Shown: piece by piece, positions 1 through 9,510 of the stretch
How positions within the stretch are numbered: the stretch's first letter is position 1
How the letters are laid out: the number at the start of each line of letters is the position of its first letter
From: Candidatus Hermodarchaeota archaeon
Lineage (GTDB): Archaea > Asgardarchaeota > Thorarchaeia > Thorarchaeales > Thorarchaeaceae
DNA length: 14,683 bases
Direction of reading: 5' to 3'
NCBI GenBank assembly: GCA_048885865.1
Contig: JBHLLF010000056.1
Location: 1 to 14,683, forward strand
Notes under the pieces: generated by a model
What the model saw: only the letters and a program-made list of their open reading frames with translations
Databases searched by the model: none
Told to the model about the DNA's origin: nothing
Position numbers and translations under genes: made by a program

Positions 1-1671
1 CTGGTGGAACGTGAATCAACCATTGGTGGTCATGTAGTCCAATTGCCGGTTGTCGCACCCACAGGTAAGTCCGGAAAGGAGGTCTTCAGCAGCCGACTCA
101 ACGCCCTTGAGAACGACAAGAACATTGATGTGATGACTGACACGACTGTGAAATTTGCTGAGGGCGAGATGGGCAACTTCACAATTCATTATACTATTCC
201 AGATGAAGAGGATGACAAGACACTAAAGACCTCAGCAGTGGTTTTGGCAACAGGGTTCCAAGAGTTCAAACCCACAATGATGGACGAGTATCATTATGGG
301 AAGAATCCGGATGTCATAACACAGCTCGAGTTCTCCCAGATGTTGACAAATGGTAGCATGACACGTCCTTCAGATGGAACACCTGTGAATGACGTAGTAA
401 TGGTCCAATGTGTTGGCAGTAGGTCTGAGGATTACAAGCGTGACTGCAGCAAACTCTGTTGCACATTTGCGATTGATAACTCATTGGAGCTTCTTGAGAA
501 GAACCCTGATGCGAATGTACAGGTCGTGTACATGGACATTCGTGTACCATTCGAGAATGAGATGATATACAAGGAGTCTAGAGAGCGAGGAGTCGACTAC
601 ATCCGAGGCAGAGTCAGCATGGTCTGGGAGAATGATAATAAAACTCACATTCGTATCTATGACTCACTTCTCAATCAATATCTAGAGAGTACCCCCGATC
701 TTGTGGTTCTCTCCACTGCCATTCTTCCGTCGGATGGTATAGCTGAACTGTCTGAAACATTCGGCTATGCACTTGAGGAGGATGGCCATGTCAAGGACCT
801 CTATGGCAAATTGAGACGGACTGAAACACGCAGACGTGGTGTTGTTGCAGTAGGTGCTATCACACGCCCACAGTTCGTCTTTGAAGCAGTCACAGATGCT
901 CAAGCTGCTGCTCTTGTCTTGCATAACGAGCTTCAGGGAGGCAAGATTGAGAAACTGGCACGAGGCGCAGTCCTTGATGTTGATGAATGCGTGGGCTGTA
1001 GTCTTTGTGCACAGCAATGTCCTCGTGGCGTTCCTCTGATGATCGAACAGACAGACTCTGAGGAGGAGGACGAGGCACAGAAGATCTTGTTCAAAGCAGC
1101 AATTGACACACTGAATTGCCACTCATGCGGAGTATGTCAGAGCCTATGTCCTTCAGGTGCTACACAACTCAATTTCCTATCAAACTCACAGTTATGGTCT
1201 GAAATCGAAGCAGTTCTTGAAGGAGCGGACTCTCAGTACCCAATCACTGTGTGCTTCTATTGTGAGGAGTGTTCTGTTTCGACGATAGACATCGTAGGCA
1301 CTCGAAAGATGGAGTATGATGCTAGCTCTCGGTTGATTCCAGTGCCATGTGCAGGAAGAGTTTCTATTATTGACATCTTGAAGGCCTTTGAACATGGAGC
1401 CAGTGCTGTGATGATTGCCGCCTGCGAGAAAGACCGATGCCATATTGGAGGGACTGGCAATGAGATTGCACAAGTCCAAGTAGATGTCACTCGTGATATA
1501 CTGAATGCAATTGGCTGGAAAGGCGAACGTGTCGATATGTTTCGAATGTTCAGTGCTGAGCCTGAGAGATTCACAAGTGCAATCCGTGAGATGGTTAAAC
1601 GAGCCAAAAAGCTCGGGCCTACACCAGTGCATACGGGAACGGCTGGCAAATGGATGGAGGTGACCGAGTGA
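1..1671 (+). CDS. hdrA: HdrA/QmoB-like FAD/Fe-S flavoprotein fused to a 2x[4Fe-4S] ferredoxin and a C-terminal MvhD domain (5'-truncated by window edge)
   Basis: Frame is open from base 1 (LVERESTIGGHVVQL resembles the HdrA 'LVEKxPxIGG' segment). Has the motifs VVLATG, RPSDG, QCVGSR..CSKLCC, YMDIR and DLVVLS, two CxxCxxCxxxCP motifs (CVGCSLCAQQCP, CHSCGVCQSLCP), and an MvhD-like tail (FYCEEC, VPCAGRV, AACEKDRCH, ERV..KLGPTP). Confidence 0.88.
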   Translation: MVERESTIGGHVVQLPVVAPTGKSGKEVFSSRLNALENDKNIDVMTDTTVKFAEGEMGNFTIHYTIPDEEDDKTLKTSAVVLATGFQEFKPTMMDEYHYGKNPDVITQLEFSQMLTNGSMTRPSDGTPVNDVVMVQCVGSRSEDYKRDCSKLCCTFAIDNSLELLEKNPDANVQVVYMDIRVPFENEMIYKESRERGVDYIRGRVSMVWENDNKTHIRIYDSLLNQYLESTPDLVVLSTAILPSDGIAELSETFGYALEEDGHVKDLYGKLRRTETRRRGVVAVGAITRPQFVFEAVTDAQAAALVLHNELQGGKIEKLARGAVLDVDECVGCSLCAQQCPRGVPLMIEQTDSEEEDEAQKILFKAAIDTLNCHSCGVCQSLCPSGATQLNFLSNSQLWSEIEAVLEGADSQYPITVCFYCEECSVSTIDIVGTRKMEYDASSRLIPVPCAGRVSIIDILKAFEHGASAVMIAACEKDRCHIGGTGNEIAQVQVDVTRDILNAIGWKGERVDMFRMFSAEPERFTSAIREMVKRAKKLGPTPVHTGTAGKWMEVTE

Positions 1672-3935
1672 GCGAATCCAAGAGTCTGTCTGATATGGCA
1701 CCAAAACGAAGACGCATGATGGACATGGTCTTGGCACTTGGCGGTCTGAAAGAGGAAGCCGTTATCCCCCTCAGCAAGGTCAGTGAGGAGATATCCATTC
1801 TGAAGAGCGAGCTAGAGCCACTTACTGCTGAGATTCTTGCATTTCCCGATGCCTACTTCAAAAAGTTCCTTGACGCCTCTGAGAAGTCTGACACCATCAG
1901 TCGAATAACCGATAAAGGGCTACTGAGCCAGGCCACCAAGAACCTTCAGGAGGCAGTTTCTCTCCGTGACACACAGGGCACTCGTGGCCTCCTCAATTTG
2001 ATAAGTAGCGCATTAGAGGTTTTAGAAGTCACAGATGAGATTGCAGACACTGCAACGGTCGATATCGAGTCAGTTCTGAGTCCAGTATCTGGTCTAATCA
2101 CACAGATTGAAGAGGCAGTCACAGAGTTTGAGGCTGATGCTGAAACTGCTGCGGAATCAGCTCGATCTGAGCTGCAATCGCTGATCGCCTCGATATCAGA
2201 GGCCGTTTCAGGAATCCAAGATGACGTCACATCAGCTTTGGACGCTCTTCAGAAGCTAGGGACGAAGACCAGATATGGGCCATTTCTTAGAACCTCAGCT
2301 CAAGTGAAACGAGGGATTCGCGAGGGGCGTATTGATGAAACACGCGCATTATGGTTAGTTTCTGAGAATATACTGACTGAACTCAGACGTGGAGTAATCA
2401 TGTTCATCCTGTCCAAGATGGGCTCTCGCACGGTCCTCGAAATCAGCAGACTGATGGAAGCACGTTCGCCCGACATCCAGACAGCCATAGTAAGCATGAT
2501 TCAAAGAGGTGAGGTTGAGATGGTTGGTCTCGACGAGGACGCGCCTATATTTTCACGAGTTCTTGAATCCATTCCAAGTTCTACATTGGTATTCAAGAGA
2601 CTACTGCAACAACTCAATGGCATAGGAAAGTCGCTTGAGGGTGATGTACAAGCCTCTGTCAACCAATCGGTAGAAAGAATGGAGCTTTTGCTTGGTAGGC
2701 TTCAGAAGCTTGGCCAATACGATGAAACCAGTCTTGCTGAACCCATGAACAACCTACGAGAAACTATCGATCACGCAACTGAGGCTGTTCTCAAATCAAA
2801 GCCCGCAGACAGCTCTGAAGATCTTCGCCTACTTGTTTCTGCAGGTCTTGAGGCCTTTGCCAGATTCAGACTGAAGATTACACTGGAAAAGGGTCCTAAT
2901 CTTGTTTCCGGGACCAACGTCTATGGGGAGAAACTAGACCCAGAAGTCTATGAGAGAATGATGTCCAGCTATCTGGATAACGAGATTGAACGTGGAACAA
3001 TCCTCATTCTCATCCGCGAATTAGGCGCAATGACTGCCAAGGATCTTGGAGAGAAGACGAACATCCCCAAAGACCGGATCTTGCAGCATCTGCTTCGCAT
3101 GAAAAGAGACGAGCTGCTCACTTCAGCAGGCGAGAGTCACGGATATCTTCTCTATGATGTTCCTAGGACCCCCACAGAGGCCGAACTCGCAATTGAAACA
3201 GCAAGTTCTCTGGCACTTCAACTCAATGAGGCATCATCTAAACTTGAGGCCCTTCTTCAAGAACTGAAGGCTGAGGACATTGGCAAAGTCGTTAATGCTC
3301 TAGAAACCCTGTCAAAGGGTCGCGACAAGTTGGTCAAGCTCACGATTGAGGGAACTGTGGTGGGAGAGGAGTTGCTCATGGAAATCGAGGAGAAGATACT
3401 TTCAGCTGTATCCCTTTCCTACCGTACACGAGCCAAGATTCCCAGTACTCGTCCAAAGGTGACATTGGACGACTTAGCCGAAGTAGATGTTCCATCAGTT
3501 CTTGATGAATACAAGGCAATGATGGGCTATGCTCCCTTGCTTGGATTTGGCACAATTGAGTGGGACATTTCCAAGTGTCTTGGCTGCAAGTCCTGTGAAA
3601 TTGCATGTCCTGAGGACGCAATTGAACTGAAGCCAGTGATGGAGGTATCCAAGATTTTTGATATCTCCGATGAGGCTCTCGATGATTTGCCCGTTAACAG
3701 ATCACTCTTCTACAAGACTGTCAAGGCTCTTGCGACTGAGAAGCCCAAGAGAGATATTGTTCTGGCAGATGAATCACCTGGCTTTGGAAAAGTCGAGGTC
3801 GACCTCTGGCTGTGTGTAGCATGCCGGACATGTGTAAGACGATGTCCAGGTCCTAGAGAGGGTGCACTTGAACTGGAACTCAGATGGAGCCTTCCAGAGG
3901 TAGTTCGTCAGATTACAAGCCAGACCGATACCTAG
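1668..3935 (+). CDS. Large helical protein with two winged-helix-like modules and a C-terminal 2x[4Fe-4S] ferredoxin
   Basis: ORF track starts at 1650, but in-frame GTG at 1668 overlaps the hdrA TGA (GTGA) and is the likelier start. Two similar wHTH-like segments (ELRRGVIMFILSKMGSRTVLEISRLM..; EIERGTILILIRELGAMTAKDLGEKT..). Cys motifs CLGCKSCEIACP and CVACRTCVRRCP. Confidence 0.75.
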   Translation: MSESKSLSDMAPKRRRMMDMVLALGGLKEEAVIPLSKVSEEISILKSELEPLTAEILAFPDAYFKKFLDASEKSDTISRITDKGLLSQATKNLQEAVSLRDTQGTRGLLNLISSALEVLEVTDEIADTATVDIESVLSPVSGLITQIEEAVTEFEADAETAAESARSELQSLIASISEAVSGIQDDVTSALDALQKLGTKTRYGPFLRTSAQVKRGIREGRIDETRALWLVSENILTELRRGVIMFILSKMGSRTVLEISRLMEARSPDIQTAIVSMIQRGEVEMVGLDEDAPIFSRVLESIPSSTLVFKRLLQQLNGIGKSLEGDVQASVNQSVERMELLLGRLQKLGQYDETSLAEPMNNLRETIDHATEAVLKSKPADSSEDLRLLVSAGLEAFARFRLKITLEKGPNLVSGTNVYGEKLDPEVYERMMSSYLDNEIERGTILILIRELGAMTAKDLGEKTNIPKDRILQHLLRMKRDELLTSAGESHGYLLYDVPRTPTEAELAIETASSLALQLNEASSKLEALLQELKAEDIGKVVNALETLSKGRDKLVKLTIEGTVVGEELLMEIEEKILSAVSLSYRTRAKIPSTRPKVTLDDLAEVDVPSVLDEYKAMMGYAPLLGFGTIEWDISKCLGCKSCEIACPEDAIELKPVMEVSKIFDISDEALDDLPVNRSLFYKTVKALATEKPKRDIVLADESPGFGKVEVDLWLCVACRTCVRRCPGPREGALELELRWSLPEVVRQITSQTDT

Positions 3936-3943
3936 CCAGCTCT

Positions 3944-3967
3944 TTGCCATTTGGCAATGGCCTTATA
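3944..3967 (+). promoter_or_regulatory. Inverted repeat TTGCCA-tt-TGGCAA next to a TATA-like TTATA upstream of the acyl-CoA dehydrogenase
   Basis: Arms at 3944-3949 and 3952-3957, TTATA at 3963-3967, purine-rich GAGGGAG at 4004-4010 before ATG 4015. Confidence 0.35.
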
Positions 3968-4014
3968 CTGTGCAGTCCTACCAATTCAAGTTTCAATATC
4001 AATGAGGGAGAATA

Positions 4015-5214
4015 ATGGTCGATTTCAATCTCACAAAAGAACAGACTGATTTACAGGACAGAGCACGCGAATTCGCTCAGGAGTATATGATCCCATACGC
4101 CCATTACTATGACAAGACAGGTGAGTTTCCCCGCCCCATCATCAAGAAGTGTTGGGAAGCAGGTCTCATGAACTTGGCTATACCAAAGGAGTATGGTGGT
4201 TTGGGTTTAGGAGCCATAGAGCAGTGCATAGCAGTGGAAGAAATGGCTGCAGGCTGTGCGGGAATGACCACTAGCATCTATGTGAACAGTCTTGGTGCTG
4301 AACCGATCCTTATTGCTGGGAACGACGAGCAGAAGGAAACATATCTACGCCCCCTCATAGAAGACCTGAAGTTTGTGAGCTTCGCATGTTCAGAACCTGG
4401 TATGGGCAGTGATGTAGCTGGAATCAAGACACGCGTAGAGAAGGATGGTGATCATTATGTCCTCAACGGATCTAAGTTCTGGATAACAAATGCACCTCAT
4501 GCTGACTACTTCACAGTCTTTGCAAGTCTAGACCCTAGCCAGAGACACAAGGCATTATGTGCTTTCATTGTTGATGCAGATACCCCTGGAGTGAAGACCG
4601 GTCGTCCGGTAGAAAAGATGGGACACAGAGCATCCACGACCTCTTCGGTCATTTTTAGAGATGCGAGAGTTCCTGCCGAAAACCTGCTAGGTGAAGAGGG
4701 GAAGGGCTTCAGAATTGCAATGCAGACCTTCAGTATGACGAGGCCATCAATAGCAGCCTTCGCAACTGGACTGGCCCGGTCCGCAATGGAGTACGCTAGA
4801 GAATATGTCAACAGAAGAGAGGCATTCAATCAGAAACTGAAGGACTTCCAAGTCATCAGTTTCAAACTGGGTGATATGTATGCCAAGGTCGAGGCTGCAC
4901 GACTTCTATACTTGAAGGCTGCTTGGGCTGCTGATAATGGAATGGATCCCACAATTCCGGCGAGCGTTGCGAAGGTCATGGCGACAGAAGCCGCCATGGA
5001 AGTGGCTCATCAGGCTGTACAAGTTCATGGTGGGTATGGATACATCGATCAATACCCAGTGGAGAAGCTGTTCAGAGATGCGAAACTCTACGAGATTTAT
5101 GAAGGTACCAGTGAGATTCAAAGGCTTGTCATTTCCCGCCATGTGTTGGACGGCTATAAACCCGCAATGGAGAAGATTCCCAAGTGGTATAACAAGAGCC
5201 CTCCGGACTTCTAG
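4015..5214 (+). CDS. Acyl-CoA dehydrogenase
   Basis: FACSEPGMGSD, LNGSKFWITNA, KMGHRAS, AVQVHGGYGY, FRDAKLYEIYEGTSEIQR (catalytic Glu motif); 399 aa. Confidence 0.95.
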   Translation: MVDFNLTKEQTDLQDRAREFAQEYMIPYAHYYDKTGEFPRPIIKKCWEAGLMNLAIPKEYGGLGLGAIEQCIAVEEMAAGCAGMTTSIYVNSLGAEPILIAGNDEQKETYLRPLIEDLKFVSFACSEPGMGSDVAGIKTRVEKDGDHYVLNGSKFWITNAPHADYFTVFASLDPSQRHKALCAFIVDADTPGVKTGRPVEKMGHRASTTSSVIFRDARVPAENLLGEEGKGFRIAMQTFSMTRPSIAAFATGLARSAMEYAREYVNRREAFNQKLKDFQVISFKLGDMYAKVEAARLLYLKAAWAADNGMDPTIPASVAKVMATEAAMEVAHQAVQVHGGYGYIDQYPVEKLFRDAKLYEIYEGTSEIQRLVISRHVLDGYKPAMEKIPKWYNKSPPDF

Positions 5215-5298
5215 AAAGAACAGATTCCAAATCCACCCTAGTAGCGTCACACAACACAAATACGTCTGAATTCATAGCCATCAATTGAGTTGAATTGC

Positions 5299-5670
5299 AT
5301 GTGGGTTAGGCGATTTGATGACTGTGAAGAAATAGTGGCCTTGGATGGTACAATACTTAGAGAACTCATCAATCCCCGTCATGAAAAGGAGGACCTTAAG
5401 CTTGACTACAGCATTGCTCATGCTATTGTAAAGCCAGGCAAAGCCTCCTTTCCGCATAGATTCTTTGATGCATCTGAGGTCTACTTTATCATACAAGGCA
5501 CAGGAATCATGCATATTGATGATGAAGCTGAGGCGGTTTCACCCGGTGACGTGATCTACATTCCTCCAAAAGGCATCCAGTACATCGAGAACACGGGCGA
5601 CTCAGACCTGGTGTTTCTATGTATGGTATACCCTCCATGGTTTCCGGAGTCTGAAGAGCTAGTAGAGTGA
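5299..5670 (+). CDS. Cupin-domain protein
   Basis: PHRFFDASEVYFIIQGTG and PGDVIYIPPKGIQYIENTG cupin motifs. ATG at 5299 preferred to the TTG at 5290. Confidence 0.85.
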   Translation: MWVRRFDDCEEIVALDGTILRELINPRHEKEDLKLDYSIAHAIVKPGKASFPHRFFDASEVYFIIQGTGIMHIDDEAEAVSPGDVIYIPPKGIQYIENTGDSDLVFLCMVYPPWFPESEELVE

Positions 5671-5709
5671 CTCACGTCCTCAAGTTCTGCTTCTTTCCTC
5701 ATATCCGCA

Positions 5710-6630
5710 TTACTCGGTTTCAAATGGCACACAAAGTGATGAAGGCGCTCCTACGATACGCTTCACATTCTGCATATTCAATAACACTCCCCATATGACC
5801 AAGAAGAGGATTGTAGACATTGAAGGCAACATGTTCAGGAACGCGGTCGGTACACCTAGTGGCTGGAATGTATAACGAAGGACATCGAACGCACCAAAGA
5901 TGTAGCTTCCGACGAAAGCCCCGATAGGATGCCACAGTCCGACCACTACCAAGGCAATGACTATCCATCCACGTGCAGTCGTGATACCTTCGACCCACAT
6001 CGGAATCCATGCAAGAGTCAGATACGCACCTCCAAGGCCACACATCATCCCACCAAATATCACACTCAGATACCTGATTCGAACCACATCAACGCCCTGT
6101 GTATAGGCAGCCATTGGATTCTCTCCAACACTCCTTATCATTATTCCAAAACGTGTCTTGAAAAGAACAAACCAAAGGACGGGGATCATAATGTAGGAGA
6201 AGTAGACGAGCAGATTCTTGTTGAAGAAGATTGGCCCAATAATCGGTATCGCACTGAGGCCAGGAATGGCCACAGCCCGAAATGGGACTATTGGTATTCC
6301 TATCAGTCCTAGGCCCAGAATACTACTCAATCCTGTTCCAAGTATGGTCAGAGATATGCCTGAAACAACCTGGTTCCGCTTGAATGTTATCGTCACTATT
6401 GCATGAATGAGTGCCAGAAGGCCACCAACTAATGCACCGACCAATGCTCCAATCCAGAGGTTGCCTGTTATATGAGCCGCCGCGAAGGCGCCAGCCGCAC
6501 CCGAGATGACCATCCCTTCAACTCCCAGATTCAGTACGCCTGATCGTTCAGATATCATCTCACCCAATGTGGGTATCAGAAAGAACGTGGCGGCAACAAC
6601 AATCTGTGACCCAGTCTGCTCAATTGTCAC
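5710..6630 (-). CDS. Nucleoside/sugar ABC transporter permease 2 (CUT2 family)
   Basis: LGEMISERSGVLNLGVEG, KTRFGIMIRSVGENP, ARGWIVIALV; hydrophobic. Likely start GTG 6630 after GGAGG (ORF track start 6648). Confidence 0.9.
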   Translation of the reverse strand: MTIEQTGSQIVVAATFFLIPTLGEMISERSGVLNLGVEGMVISGAAGAFAAAHITGNLWIGALVGALVGGLLALIHAIVTITFKRNQVVSGISLTILGTGLSSILGLGLIGIPIVPFRAVAIPGLSAIPIIGPIFFNKNLLVYFSYIMIPVLWFVLFKTRFGIMIRSVGENPMAAYTQGVDVVRIRYLSVIFGGMMCGLGGAYLTLAWIPMWVEGITTARGWIVIALVVVGLWHPIGAFVGSYIFGAFDVLRYTFQPLGVPTAFLNMLPSMSTILFLVIWGVLLNMQNVKRIVGAPSSLCVPFETE

Positions 6631-7810
6631 GACGTAACCTCCCTTCAACTGTATATCGTAGGAAGAACTCGGTCACTAGAACAAAGAAGAGAATGGCTCC
6701 ATTGAAGAGATTTACCACCCCAAAGGGTAGACCTGCGGACTGTATTTCAATTCCTCCAGCCAAGAGCCCCGCAAAGAAGAGGGAACTCACTATGACTCCC
6801 AAAGGATTGAGACCGCCAAGCCACGCAACAGCAATGCCCGTGAATCCAAGTCCCGTAGAAATCTCCATTCGCAAACGGTAGAGATTGGGGTTTCCTGCGA
6901 CTTCACTCACTCCTGCAAGTCCAGCCAAGCCACCTGAGAGCAGAACAGTGATTATTGCTACTTTGAGAAAACTCATTCCCATGGCTTCTCCGGCCTCAGG
7001 ATTCTCTCCTATCACATTGATTTCATAGCCTAGCTTTGTTTCTGTTATCCCCTCCCTGGTTCTAACAAGATACTGATGAATAAGTAGCGTGAGGGCTATC
7101 GCCACAAGGATGGTAAGATGGATTCTAGTTGTCGGAAACAGAGGTATCTGGGCCGATTCGGGTATTATTGGCGATTGAGGGAAGCCCCACCCTTCTGGAT
7201 CCTGCCATGGACCAGTGACAAGGTACTCAACGAGATATAGTGCAGGGAATACAAGCAGAAAACTAATCACTACATCAGAGCCCTTGAACTGGCTCTTCAC
7301 CCTAAAGATTGCGATTGGCAGTGCCCAAAGAGCACCCGCAGCAAAACCTGCTACGAACATGAGTGGAATCAGAACCGCACTGGGCAGGTGCTGAAGAGAG
7401 AATGCCACTCCTGTTGCTGCAATGGCCCCAACGATGAGTTGACCTTCCGCCCCTATGTTGTCTATCTTAGCTCGAAACGGCACAGCCAGGCCTATGGCTA
7501 CCAGCAGCAATGGAATGAATCGGGAAAGAGTTTCAATAATTCCATATCTTGTGAAGAACGCCACCCTGAAGATGTTGATATAGAGCGCAATCGGATTTAT
7601 TCCATAAGCGAGAAATACGATGGCAACTACCGCTAATCCGAGAATCAGTGAGAGGATCCTAATTCGGACAGATTGCTCAAATGTCAGCTTAGAGGGTCTT
7701 TTCCGGAAAGTAATCTCAAACGGCCAGAGCTTTTTCTTGAGAAAAGCAATCCCTGTGCTGAGTCTAGTTTTGAGCCTACTGAGTTGAGTTCCTAGATTCT
7801 CCATATTCAC
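6620..7810 (-). CDS. Nucleoside/sugar ABC transporter permease 1 (CUT2 family)
   Basis: FRAKIDNIGAEGQ, TKLGYEINVIGENP, LSGGLAGLAG, GFTGIAVAWLGGLNP; multiple TM segments. Confidence 0.9.
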   Translation of the reverse strand: MNMENLGTQLSRLKTRLSTGIAFLKKKLWPFEITFRKRPSKLTFEQSVRIRILSLILGLAVVAIVFLAYGINPIALYINIFRVAFFTRYGIIETLSRFIPLLLVAIGLAVPFRAKIDNIGAEGQLIVGAIAATGVAFSLQHLPSAVLIPLMFVAGFAAGALWALPIAIFRVKSQFKGSDVVISFLLVFPALYLVEYLVTGPWQDPEGWGFPQSPIIPESAQIPLFPTTRIHLTILVAIALTLLIHQYLVRTREGITETKLGYEINVIGENPEAGEAMGMSFLKVAIITVLLSGGLAGLAGVSEVAGNPNLYRLRMEISTGLGFTGIAVAWLGGLNPLGVIVSSLFFAGLLAGGIEIQSAGLPFGVVNLFNGAILFFVLVTEFFLRYTVEGRLRRDN

Positions 7811-9391
7811 CTAGTTCCCCTCCTCTAGAGAATCAGCAACATATCCTCCCATCATGAGACCAACCGTTTCTCGAGTTGCCTGCTCAGATGGCAAAGTACC
7901 AATGATTTCCCCCTTGTAGATCACACTGATTCTATCACATAAGGTGAGAATCTCAGTCAAATCGCTGGAAACCAGAAGGACTGCTGCTCCCACATCACGT
8001 TGCTTTAGAAGTTCTTCACGGACGAATTGAGTGGTTGCAACGTCTAGCCCGAATGTTGGATTCTCAGCAATAAGAATCTGCTTTGAGCCCTGCCTTGGTT
8101 TGCGTGAGATTTCTCGCGCCACGACTACCTTCTGCTTGTTACCTCCGGATAGACTTCTCATCGGCGCTAGAGGACCAGGAGTGTCTATCGAGAACTGCTC
8201 TATGAGATGATTCGTCAGTTTGACCATTGCATCTCGATCTATCAATAATCCTTTCGAATCAGAATAGTAGCTCATCATCAGGTTATCTCTCACAGTGAGG
8301 TCCAACACCATGGCCTTTTTCCTATTCTCAGGGATGTATGACACACCTAGGTTCCTGATAGTCCCAACAGGCATATTCGTGATGTTCTGTTCGCCGTCGT
8401 CTGAGTGCAACAGGACTTCTCCCGTCTTCACATCTCGTAGATGCACTATCGCTTCCAGTAGTTCTCGCTGACCGTTACCTGCAATTCCAGCAACACCTAG
8501 AATCTCACCACTCCGGACACTGAGATTGATGCTGTTCACAACTTGCATTCCCATGTCATTATCGACGCACAAATCTCGAGTCTCTAGCACAATTTGACCC
8601 TCATGCAATTCCGTTCGCTTCAGGTCATATAGTGCATCTCGTCCCACCATTAGCTGAGCAAGTTCTCGAACACCCTTTCTCGGGTCTGACTTTAGATGCT
8701 CAACTCGTTTCTCATCAAGCGTATCGACTACCTGCCCTCTTCTCAGGACTGTTATTCGGTCACTAATCCGAATCGCTTCTTCCAAATGATGAGTTATTAT
8801 GACTATGCCCTTTCCTTTAGCTTTCAATGATTCGAGAAGAGCGAATAGACCATCGACTTCAGGTGGAGTCAGCATTGAAGTAGGCTCATCAAGAATTATT
8901 ATCCCTGGATCGGTGATGAGCGCCTTTAGTATCTCAACTCGTTGTTTCTCACCACCAGAGAGCTTCCACACCCTCATCTTTGGATCGAGTTCGCCCAAGT
9001 CAAACCTCTGTAACGCTTCTTTCACAGCCTTTTCTACTGTTTCTATTGATAGAAAGAAGCCCTCAGTCAGACTCAGGACATTCTCCGCAACGGTGTGTCT
9101 CTCAATCAGAGTGCGAGACAAATCTTGATAGGCTATTCCAATCCCGTTTTCAAGCGCATCTCGTGGTGTTCTTAATTCGAGTTCCTTTCCCTCTATGATT
9201 ACAGTTCCACTGTCAGGTCTTCGACATAGATTCATGACAAGAGTGCTCTTCCCCGCTCCATTCTCACCAAGAAGAGCATGTATCTCTCCTTTCTTGAGTG
9301 TGAAGTTGACATGGTCATTCGCACGAATCTCAACCTCACCCTCACCATAGTAGGTCTTACAGACTTCCCGCATCTCGAGCGCAGTTTCCAT
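7811..9391 (-). CDS. ABC transporter ATP-binding protein with tandem ATPase domains (CUT2 family)
   Basis: Walker A GENGAGKST, LSGGEKQRVEI, ILDEPT; second domain GIAGNGQ, LSGGNKQK, ENPTFGLDV. Likely start ATG 9391 (ORF track start 9418). Confidence 0.93.
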   Translation of the reverse strand: METALEMREVCKTYYGEGEVEIRANDHVNFTLKKGEIHALLGENGAGKSTLVMNLCRRPDSGTVIIEGKELELRTPRDALENGIGIAYQDLSRTLIERHTVAENVLSLTEGFFLSIETVEKAVKEALQRFDLGELDPKMRVWKLSGGEKQRVEILKALITDPGIIILDEPTSMLTPPEVDGLFALLESLKAKGKGIVIITHHLEEAIRISDRITVLRRGQVVDTLDEKRVEHLKSDPRKGVRELAQLMVGRDALYDLKRTELHEGQIVLETRDLCVDNDMGMQVVNSINLSVRSGEILGVAGIAGNGQRELLEAIVHLRDVKTGEVLLHSDDGEQNITNMPVGTIRNLGVSYIPENRKKAMVLDLTVRDNLMMSYYSDSKGLLIDRDAMVKLTNHLIEQFSIDTPGPLAPMRSLSGGNKQKVVVAREISRKPRQGSKQILIAENPTFGLDVATTQFVREELLKQRDVGAAVLLVSSDLTEILTLCDRISVIYKGEIIGTLPSEQATRETVGLMMGGYVADSLEEGN

Positions 9392-9468
9392 GTAAACTTC
9401 CCCTACAATCTTCGGCACTGTACGAGGATTTGTAGTATTTCAATAGTAGGCTTCTAGAAAAAATCATC

Positions 9469-9500
9469 AAAAAGAAAGAAATGGGGGATGCTAGTCCCCC
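9469..9500 (-). terminator. Hairpin plus U-rich tract after the substrate-binding gene (partial terminator or stabiliser)
   Basis: Minus strand reads GGGGGA-ctagca-TCCCCC (9500-9483) followed by ATTTCTTTCTTTTT, 10 nt after the stop codon. Confidence 0.6.
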
Positions 9501-9510
9501 TTAAGCTAGG

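Noticed and set aside
1525-1630. Tail of the MvhD domain fused to HdrA as another array repeat
   Set aside because: Only distant protein-level similarity (ERV..SAE..F..KLGPTP). It is part of an intact gene and no displaced copies follow it.
5239-5251. 13-mer TAGTAGCGTCACA also present on the minus strand at 14446-14458
   Set aside because: A few 13-mer matches are expected by chance in 14.7 kb on both strands, and the distances to the downstream start codons differ.
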